Positions 56,258-63,500 of a stretch of 64,000 nt of DNA are shown in pieces (the first letter of the stretch is position 1; each line of letters starts with the position of its first letter). Origin of the DNA: Prochlorococcus sp. AG-355-B18 (GTDB lineage Bacteria; Cyanobacteriota; Cyanobacteriia; PCC-6307; Cyanobiaceae). The stretch covers positions 64,001 to 128,000 of the forward strand of contig QCDI01000003.1 of NCBI GenBank assembly GCA_003280965.1. Reading direction: 5' to 3'. The translations under genes were made by a program, and so were the position numbers. Under the pieces are notes generated by a model, which saw only the letters and a program-made list of their open reading frames with translations, searched no databases and was not told where the DNA came from.

Positions 56258-57622
56258 TTATCTACAAATAAAAAGATATTCTGAATCAAACGATATTTCT
56301 TTATTGAGAGCAGTGCGGTTAAGTTTACTATGAGAAAATTTCCCCACGGAATCTATGTCGACTTTTGAAAAAAAATTTAAAGCAATCTCTCTGATTTGAT
56401 CAATCGTCATAACTCTTGGATGTGCATTTTTCTCTGATGCATATGGTGAGTAAGAGAGGACAAGAGGTAACTTTTTTTCAGATATTTTCGAAAATAGTAA
56501 TTGGAATGCTTTTGGAGCTTGATTGCGAATACAAAAAGGTGATTGATGACGATTCTTTCTATATATCCCACGACTAAGCATGGTTTCCCCATGTGCTTTG
56601 TTTGATGAAATTTCTGGATCATCTCTCAAAGATAGAGTTTCAAGAACATGATAAAAACGACTGTAATGATCTCTTGTGTATGGAGGATCTGCGTAAATAA
56701 TGCTTTCATTGCACTCTTTAGATGAAAGGTAATCTAAGTAATCAGATCTAATTGCTTCGTGATTAAAATTTGCTGAATAATTTAAGCAAAATTTTTCAAG
56801 TGAATATAAAAAAATCTTAGTTATTGATTTATTTCTATCTTTTGATGTTTGATTGTATAAAGACTTTTTCACTTTACCTTCTTTATCACGAGGTCTTAAG
56901 GGTTGGGCAAAGTGTTTGCCGACAGTATTAACGACTTCACTTGCAGTTGCTAAAATAGCAGCAGTGAATAAATCTTTTTCTAATCCTATATAGTTTTCAG
57001 CCATATCTAATAAAGCATCAATTTCTGCAGCTTGTTTGAAAGAGAAATAAATACCACCAAAATGTCTTAATGTCATCGTAGATAAATAATTTTCTTTAGG
57101 AAATTTTTCAATTTGTTTCCAACAATTATTCATTGCTATTTGAAAATCATTTTTAATATCGTTTTTTGCGGTCATTAATGATCCGCTTTCAATCATCATT
57201 GCAAGTTGTTCTGTATCCCCATTTTTAGCCTGACTCATCAAATTTTCCTCAATTTCAATTAATGGTTCAGCTACGATTAATGATTTATGCTTATGGATAT
57301 TTTTAAGTTGATTTTCTAACTTATTTTTATTTTTTTTTATAAAAATTTTGTTATCACTTAGTAGTGCTGTGCACAATATGCGAGAGTATTCTTGGATATC
57401 AATAGCAGTTACTTTGCGCGTTTTTCCTAGCCAAGAGGAGACAGTACCTGATCCAGCAAACAAATCACATACAGGGGCATCTTTAGAGGTAATTTGATTT
57501 AAGTTAGATTCTATTTTTTCTAAAATTCTTAATTTACTTCCAAGATAATGAATAGGTCGCCATGGCTCTTGATCCTGAATTAATTTTGTTTTCCCTTTAT
57601 TAGATAAATGTTTATATGACAC
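56258..57622 (-). CDS. Alpha-class (D12-like) DNA adenine methyltransferase
   Basis: IHYLGSK, DLFAGSGTV (motif I) before IYADPPY (motif IV), YSRFYHVLETL; GTG start. Confidence 0.88.
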   Translation of the reverse strand: MSYKHLSNKGKTKLIQDQEPWRPIHYLGSKLRILEKIESNLNQITSKDAPVCDLFAGSGTVSSWLGKTRKVTAIDIQEYSRILCTALLSDNKIFIKKNKNKLENQLKNIHKHKSLIVAEPLIEIEENLMSQAKNGDTEQLAMMIESGSLMTAKNDIKNDFQIAMNNCWKQIEKFPKENYLSTMTLRHFGGIYFSFKQAAEIDALLDMAENYIGLEKDLFTAAILATASEVVNTVGKHFAQPLRPRDKEGKVKKSLYNQTSKDRNKSITKIFLYSLEKFCLNYSANFNHEAIRSDYLDYLSSKECNESIIYADPPYTRDHYSRFYHVLETLSLRDDPEISSNKAHGETMLSRGIYRKNRHQSPFCIRNQAPKAFQLLFSKISEKKLPLVLSYSPYASEKNAHPRVMTIDQIREIALNFFSKVDIDSVGKFSHSKLNRTALNKEISFDSEYLFICR

Positions 57623-57666
57623 TATTTTTTACTTTCCCAAAGTTAATGTTGCCCAATTTTAATACC

Positions 57667-57713
57667 TAATTAATATTCTTATATTAATTACTTTTTTAAA
57701 TAAATTAAAAAAG
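57667..57713. promoter_or_regulatory. Two adjacent perfect inverted repeats in the divergent MTase promoter region
   Basis: TAATTAATAT-tctt-ATATTAATTA (57667-57690) and CTTTTTTAA-ataaa-TTAAAAAAG (57691-57713). Confidence 0.4.
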
Positions 57714-57739
57714 ATTTATAAACTAAAAATATCTTTCAA

Positions 57740-58873
57740 GTGCACGATCCCATACAACAATTAGGTTTAATAAATCATGAGAAATATTCTCTGAAAGAGA
57801 ACGATAAATTATTTTTAGGGGAAGGTAGTCAATTATCTGCTCTAATACATGGAGATAATGATGCAGTAATTGATATAGCTAGTGAATATTTGAAAAATCA
57901 AGTTAGGTGCATTTATATTGATCCACCTTATAACAACCTTGAAGTTTATGAACATTATGAAGATCGCGATTCATATGCTGTGTGGATTAAAAAGTTGACT
58001 AATCATATTGCCCGACTTTATAAGTTATTACGTGATGACGGCAGTCTTTGGATATCTATAGATGATCGACAAATGCACTATCTCAAAGTAGCTATGGATG
58101 AGATTTTTGGTAGAAATAATTTCATTTCAACTATAGTTTGGGAGCATAGAAAAACAAGAGAAAATAGAAAGGTTTTTTCAAATAATCATGAATATATTCT
58201 TGTATACGCAAAGGATGCTGAAATTTTTAAAAAGTGTATGAATAAACTTCCTTATAATGATGAGATAAAAAAAAGATTTAAAAATCCTGATAATGATTAT
58301 CGCGGTCCATGGCAGTCAATATCTTTAAATGTACAGGCAGGACATGCTACAAAAAGTCAGTTTTATGATCTTATTGCACCAAATAGCAATATTCATAAAC
58401 CTCCCGCTGGTAGATGTTGGGTTTATTCAAAACTCAAAATTCAAAAATTAATTAGTGATAATCGCATTTGGTTTGGGCAAGATGGTAATGGAGTTCCGAG
58501 ATTAAAGAGATTCCTCAACGAAATAGATACATCCTTAACTCCGCATACTTTATGGAGAGCTGATGAAGTGGGAACTACTGAAAATGCAAAGAAAGAAATA
58601 TTAAAATTGTTTCCAGAAGAGCCGGTATTCGATACACCGAAACCTTTTCAATTGATTGATAAAATTCTCAAAATTGCTGCTAATCCTGGTGATCTAATCT
58701 TAGATAGTTTTTTAGGTTCTGGAACAACTTCCTCAGTTGCGATTCAAAATAGAATGAGATTTGTTGGAATTGAGAGAGGAAACCATATATATTCTCACTG
58801 TCATAAACGTCTTAAGCAAATTTTAAAAGAATATGATGCGCAAGTAAAATTCTTCGAACTTGTAGAAGAATAA
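57740..58873 (+). CDS. Beta-class N6/N4 DNA methyltransferase, Type III Mod-like but short
   Basis: IYIDPPYN (motif IV) before TPKP and DSFLGSGTT (motif I); FKNPDNDYRGPW segment; GTG start. Confidence 0.88.
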   Translation: MHDPIQQLGLINHEKYSLKENDKLFLGEGSQLSALIHGDNDAVIDIASEYLKNQVRCIYIDPPYNNLEVYEHYEDRDSYAVWIKKLTNHIARLYKLLRDDGSLWISIDDRQMHYLKVAMDEIFGRNNFISTIVWEHRKTRENRKVFSNNHEYILVYAKDAEIFKKCMNKLPYNDEIKKRFKNPDNDYRGPWQSISLNVQAGHATKSQFYDLIAPNSNIHKPPAGRCWVYSKLKIQKLISDNRIWFGQDGNGVPRLKRFLNEIDTSLTPHTLWRADEVGTTENAKKEILKLFPEEPVFDTPKPFQLIDKILKIAANPGDLILDSFLGSGTTSSVAIQNRMRFVGIERGNHIYSHCHKRLKQILKEYDAQVKFFELVEE

Positions 58874-58874
58874 A

Positions 58875-59426
58875 TTATTCCCAGCCATAAGGAAAGAACT
58901 TTCTACATCCACCCGAATCAACAAAGAATCCTTCTGTAGCATCTATAATAGTTTTCATTTCTTTTGATAATTTTTGTCTTCCAAATTCACTATCTTTAGT
59001 AAAAGGAATCGAATAATAATAACCTTGTGAAAGTGATGGCATTAATGCTCTTAATTTGCCAGATTTCCTATCTTTTTTTGAAGTTGCTCTCCCTAATTGA
59101 TTCCCCACAAAATTCATAAAAGGTCCTGTCCTTATCTCCTTTGTATTTTTTGTTCTTTCCTGATAGGTTTTTTCTTCGTTTAACAATTCAGGTGAATATG
59201 ATCTTGCGGTGTAATACTGACCACCATATCCATTCCAGATACCTACATAGAAACCTAAAGAAGGTTGATTTTTATAATTTAGAGATCCTATACCACCACC
59301 GGAACCAGTATATTTCAAAGTTATAGTTACATCTGGTTCTACTTCACTTGTAAGTGTGCAAATTGAGTCTGCTTTAACTAAAGGAATAACACCTAATAAA
59401 AGTGGCAAAAGTAGTAAGAGTTTCAT
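58875..59426 (-). CDS. Hypothetical secreted protein
   Basis: Signal peptide MKLLLLLPLLLGVIPLVKA; two Cys. Confidence 0.75.
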   Translation of the reverse strand: MKLLLLLPLLLGVIPLVKADSICTLTSEVEPDVTITLKYTGSGGGIGSLNYKNQPSLGFYVGIWNGYGGQYYTARSYSPELLNEEKTYQERTKNTKEIRTGPFMNFVGNQLGRATSKKDRKSGKLRALMPSLSQGYYYSIPFTKDSEFGRQKLSKEMKTIIDATEGFFVDSGGCRKFFPYGWE

Positions 59427-59785
59427 TACCTACGACGACCTAAATCAATTAACTTAGTTGTTCTTTTGCAAATATCAACTTCTATCCATTCCATATTTGC
59501 AGTATGAGTTGGCATATCCTCTTTTGACGCAACTGTATATTTACACTCATTGAAGATATCTGTTTGATAAACCCAATACCAAGGATATTTGTAATGAGTA
59601 TTACGTTCAATCCTTTTTGTAAGCATTTCCCAATAGGTGTCATTAACTAATTTAATTGCTGCTCTTTCGCCTTCAGTACATTCACCTTGCGATTCTGGGC
59701 AGGTATATTTGTGCCTTTTATATTGTTCTGTATTAGCAGGAGTACTAAAACCAAATATCAAAAACAGAAGAAATAGTTTTTTCAA
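59426..59785 (-). CDS. Hypothetical secreted Cys-containing protein
   Basis: TTG start, signal peptide MKKLFLLFLIFGFSTPANT, four Cys; TAATG coupling to the next gene. Confidence 0.7.
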   Translation of the reverse strand: MKKLFLLFLIFGFSTPANTEQYKRHKYTCPESQGECTEGERAAIKLVNDTYWEMLTKRIERNTHYKYPWYWVYQTDIFNECKYTVASKEDMPTHTANMEWIEVDICKRTTKLIDLGRRR

Positions 59786-59847
59786 AATTATTTTTTATAT
59801 TAATTTTAATTATCCTGTCAATATGACAAATATTACTCCTCAAACTA

Positions 59848-59872
59848 TAGGTTTCACGTGGGTTTCACGTAG
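59848..59872 (+). repeat. Right subterminal repeat pair
   Basis: TAGGTTTCACG-TGGGTTTCACG-TAG, same orientation as the left pairs. Confidence 0.92.
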
Positions 59873-59881
59873 AAAAATTTG

Positions 59882-59890
59882 TGTTATAAT
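59882..59890 (+). promoter_or_regulatory. Extended -10 promoter element pointing across attR
   Basis: TGTTATAAT equals the TGnTATAAT consensus. Confidence 0.45.
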
Positions 59891-59941
59891 CAGGTCAAAC
59901 CCATTGATATAACTGTCTTTTTTATTCACCTCTTTGGAGGG

Positions 59942-59959
59942 ACTATTGAGTGGGAGTAA
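59942..59959 (+). repeat. attR core: duplicate of the guaA 3' end
   Basis: ACTATTGAGTGGGAGTAA; extends to 21 bp with one mismatch (GGG vs GGA). Confidence 0.93.
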
Positions 59960-60031
59960 GTTATCAAAATTTCTAAAAACTAGAGGATTTTAATTTATAC
60001 AAGAAATGTTTTTAAATTAGATTGAAACATA

Positions 60032-60745
60032 ATGAGCGAGATTATTAAACTAAGTCGATCTACTGTTGAGAAATATCTTAGTTGTCCAAGATGTTGTGTA
60101 CTTGATAAAAAATATCAAATAAAACCGCCCTCATTACCATTTACTTTAAATATAGCTGTCGATAATTTATGTAAAAATGAATTTGATCACTACAGAAGAA
60201 TTCAGGAGCCACATCCATTATTTATTGAACATGGCATTGATGCAGTTCCTTTTAAACACAAAAATTTAGAACGTTGGAGAAGTAATTTTCAAGGAATAAG
60301 ATATAAGTCAATTGAACATAATTATGATTTTGGTGGAGCTGTGGATGATATTTGGCAGAAAAAAAATGGTGATCTTATCATTATTGATGTAAAAGCAACA
60401 TCTAGAAATAATTTTGATTGGTCTGAGACTTTTAATAAGTACGAATATGCAAAAGCTTATAAGAGACAATTAGAAATGTATCAGTGGTTATTTAAAAAGA
60501 ACGGATTTAAAGTTGCCAAAGAAGCTTATCTCTTATACTTTAATGGAAAAAAAAATGAAGAGGTTTTTAATAATCAATTAAATTTTGATGTACATTTAAT
60601 TAGATTAGATTGTTCTACATCATGGGTAGAAAATAAGATAATTGATACGGTCAAATTATTGCGTTCTGATATTTTTCCCAAACCGTCATTAAATTGCGAA
60701 TACTGCAATTATTTAAAAAAACGTTGGAAATTATCAATAACTTAA
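60032..60745 (+). CDS. PD-(D/E)XK superfamily nuclease (RecB/Cas4-like) with terminal CxxC pairs
   Basis: LSRS...CPRC, GAVDDI, IIDVKAT, QLEMY, CEYC. Confidence 0.82.
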   Translation: MSEIIKLSRSTVEKYLSCPRCCVLDKKYQIKPPSLPFTLNIAVDNLCKNEFDHYRRIQEPHPLFIEHGIDAVPFKHKNLERWRSNFQGIRYKSIEHNYDFGGAVDDIWQKKNGDLIIIDVKATSRNNFDWSETFNKYEYAKAYKRQLEMYQWLFKKNGFKVAKEAYLLYFNGKKNEEVFNNQLNFDVHLIRLDCSTSWVENKIIDTVKLLRSDIFPKPSLNCEYCNYLKKRWKLSIT

Positions 60746-60825
60746 TTATTATCGAGAATTATTGGCTATCTCTGGAAAAATAGTAAATTAAAGATAATCT
60801 TTACTTAGATAATTTATTTAGACTT

Positions 60826-61434
60826 TTGATAAATTCGAAAAATTCTGAGAGCAAGATAACTAATCATCTTCAGCAAGATGTAGTAAAGGTATCTGGTAAA
60901 ACAATTTTTATTAATCCTTTTTTGTATTGGCGAAGGTTTGACGAGAATACAAATAGATGGCTTAGAGAACCTGGTCAAATGTCTGAGGATCAAATTAATC
61001 CAAATAGGAACCGTTTTTATCCAGAAATAGAGTGGACTGATTTAAGCCATGAGCAAAAGCTTATAAAAGATGCAACCGTAGAGATGTTTCTAAAAACTCT
61101 TGAATTGATTAGTACATTTCATCCGTACCTTAGTGCTGGACAGCTATTAGAAGTTGAGAGAAAAATGGCCATCATAAAAAAAGTTCCTTTTGAAAAGTGG
61201 GTCACAAAATCTTTCGCTAAAAAAGCTAAATTATTAGAAAATGAAAAAAGAAAATATCAGAGAGAAAGGTTTTTTAGTAGCTGGAAGGAATGGTTTAGTC
61301 TTGAAAATACTCAGCAAGCTATTATGCCATTGATCGTCATTATATTTTTATCAACATTCATTGGTTGGTCCTTAGGCATATCTAAAAATAGTTGTAATCC
61401 TTATTTTGAACAAAATTTAGATCAGTCAAATTAA
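60826..61434 (+). CDS. Conserved hypothetical protein with C-terminal TM helix
   Basis: FINPFLYWRRFDENTNRWLREPGQ; C-terminal hydrophobic segment. Confidence 0.72.
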   Translation: MINSKNSESKITNHLQQDVVKVSGKTIFINPFLYWRRFDENTNRWLREPGQMSEDQINPNRNRFYPEIEWTDLSHEQKLIKDATVEMFLKTLELISTFHPYLSAGQLLEVERKMAIIKKVPFEKWVTKSFAKKAKLLENEKRKYQRERFFSSWKEWFSLENTQQAIMPLIVIIFLSTFIGWSLGISKNSCNPYFEQNLDQSN

Positions 61435-61534
61435 TTTTTCATATTTTTTTGGTACCGAACTTAATATTATTTTGAAAAAATAAATTTTTTATTTAACATT
61501 GGTATGAATGAAAAAATTTTAAAAATATAAGTAT

Positions 61535-61684
61535 ATGAATGAAAAATTTACTTCAAATAATTATGAAAATGATGAGTTAAATCTTAATACTGAAGAGAGT
61601 GATTATAAAAATTTAGTTACTAGACTTAGAGAGATAAGCTCAAAAATTGCGTTACTGGAAAAACGATATTTGGATAAATTTTAA
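61535..61684 (+). CDS. Small hypothetical protein (49 aa), absent from the ORF track
   Basis: ATG..TAA frame MNEKFTSNNY...LLEKRYLDKF ending 4 bp before the likely TTG start of the PBP2 gene. Confidence 0.5.
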   Translation: MNEKFTSNNYENDELNLNTEESDYKNLVTRLREISSKIALLEKRYLDKF

Positions 61685-61688
61685 ACTT

Positions 61689-63479
61689 TTGATAAAAAGT
61701 AATTCTAATAAAAAACTGATTTCATTAACGAGACAACCTTTAGTCTTACTGATCTTTTCATCTATTTCGTTTTTATTGATTTTATTGAGATTAATTTTTT
61801 TGCAACTATTGAATTATGAATCTTTTAAGCAAATGTCTGATGAAAACAGGATTAGACTTATTGCTTCTCAACCAATACGCGGAAGAATACTGGATAGAAA
61901 TGGTAATGTCTTAGCAGATAGTAGAGTCAAATACTCCTTAATAATAAAGCCCCAATCTGTAAATGATATCAATTGGGAAAAACATAAATTGATTGTGTCT
62001 GATTTGTTAAATGTTGATAGTAATTTAATTGAAAAAAAATATTTTGATGGTTTAAAAAATAAGCAACTTTCAGTTACTATTCTTGATGATTTAGATGAGG
62101 GTCAAATAATAAAATTTAAAGAAAATGAAGATAATTTATCTAGTTTTGAAATAGCTACGAAATTAATTAGAAATTATCCCTATAAATCTCTTGCTGCTCA
62201 TGTTATTGGTTATACTCAACCAATCACTGATCCGGAATATAAATTTTTATCTAAAAAGGGTTATAAATTAAATGATTTAATAGGAAGAACTGGAATTGAA
62301 TATGTCTATGAAGACTTTATAAGAGGTGAATGGGGTGGAGAGATGGTTGAAGTAAATTCTTTAGGCAACTTTCAAAAATCATTGGGTATTAAACCTTCAA
62401 TAAAAGGTAATGATATTGAATTGACAATTGATATAAATTTGCAATTAGTTGCGGAAGAAGTACTTAAAGATAAAAAAGCTGGAGCAATAATAGTGATGGA
62501 TCCAAGAGATGGTGCAATAAGAGCAATGGCTAGCAAGCCTACTTTTGATTTGAATTTTTTTTCAAAGGATTTTAAGCCTGAAAAAGAATATAATAATATA
62601 TTTAATTCATCTCAAAAACCTCTTTTTAATAGAGCACTAAATGCTTATGATCCGGGAAGTGTTTGGAAAATTGTAACTGCTTTAGCTGGCTTAGAAAGTG
62701 GTAAATTCCCTAAGGATACTTTGCTAGATACAAAACCATGTATCATTTATGGAAGTCAATGTTTTAGGGAACATAATGATTTAGGTTTTGGGAAGATAGG
62801 TTATGAAGATGCTTTAAGAGTTTCAAGCAATACATTTTTTTATCAAGTCGGATATGGAGTAGGCGTTGATGAAATTTACGAGGTATCCAAAAAGTTAGGT
62901 TTTAATTCCTTATCCGGGATTGAAATTTCTGAACAAGAAAATACAGGATTTGTAGCAAGTAGTGAATGGGCTAAAGAAGGTAGAGGATGGGGCCAACCAG
63001 GAAGAACTCCATGGGTTCCGGAAGATATTGCGAGCATGTCTATTGGACAATTTGTTGTTCAAGTTACTCCTATTCAAATAGCTAGAGCATATTCCGCGAT
63101 TGCAAATGGAGGTTATCTAGTCACTCCCCATTTAGCTAAAAAAGGTGGGAAATATCTGTTAGATAAAAAAAGAATAAAAATAGATATTGATCAAAATAAT
63201 ATTCAGTTGATAAAACGCGGGTTGAGGAAAGTTGTTGAGTCTGGCACAGGTGTATCAATTAATTATGGCGTTTCAAATTTACCTCCAGTTTCAGGTAAAA
63301 CAGGAACTGCTGAAGATGGTGAAGGTGGCTTAGATCATGCTTGGTTCGTTTGCTTTACTCCTTCTGAAAAGAGTGAGTTGCTTGTAGTTGCTTTTGCACA
63401 AAATACTCCTGGTGGTGGATCTGTACATGCACTTCCTATGGCTAGAGAAATTTTGAAAGTTTGGAATGAAAAAAAATGA
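61689..63479 (+). CDS. mrdA: Penicillin-binding protein 2
   Basis: RGRILDRNG, PGSVWK (SxxK), SSNTFFY (SxN), GKTGTAE (KTG); likely TTG start at 61689. Confidence 0.93.
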   Translation: MIKSNSNKKLISLTRQPLVLLIFSSISFLLILLRLIFLQLLNYESFKQMSDENRIRLIASQPIRGRILDRNGNVLADSRVKYSLIIKPQSVNDINWEKHKLIVSDLLNVDSNLIEKKYFDGLKNKQLSVTILDDLDEGQIIKFKENEDNLSSFEIATKLIRNYPYKSLAAHVIGYTQPITDPEYKFLSKKGYKLNDLIGRTGIEYVYEDFIRGEWGGEMVEVNSLGNFQKSLGIKPSIKGNDIELTIDINLQLVAEEVLKDKKAGAIIVMDPRDGAIRAMASKPTFDLNFFSKDFKPEKEYNNIFNSSQKPLFNRALNAYDPGSVWKIVTALAGLESGKFPKDTLLDTKPCIIYGSQCFREHNDLGFGKIGYEDALRVSSNTFFYQVGYGVGVDEIYEVSKKLGFNSLSGIEISEQENTGFVASSEWAKEGRGWGQPGRTPWVPEDIASMSIGQFVVQVTPIQIARAYSAIANGGYLVTPHLAKKGGKYLLDKKRIKIDIDQNNIQLIKRGLRKVVESGTGVSINYGVSNLPPVSGKTGTAEDGEGGLDHAWFVCFTPSEKSELLVVAFAQNTPGGGSVHALPMAREILKVWNEKK

Positions 63480-63500
63480 AATTCTTTTAGGTTTAAAAGT

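Larger units (their letters stand above)
53500..59959. mobile_element. guaA-integrated 6,460-bp genomic island without an integrase gene
   Basis: Flanked by duplicated guaA 3' end; subterminal 11-bp tandem repeats at both ends; non-core cargo. Confidence 0.88.

Noticed and set aside
398..59326. Numerous 60-135 aa ORFs overlapping core genes on the opposite strand or in other frames
   Set aside because: Shadow ORFs of well-supported genes with no recognisable motifs.
59637..59912. 91-aa plus-strand ORF near attR as a possible excisionase or integrase remnant
   Set aside because: Antisense to a signal-peptide gene, runs through the arm repeats, and has no HTH or recombinase motif.
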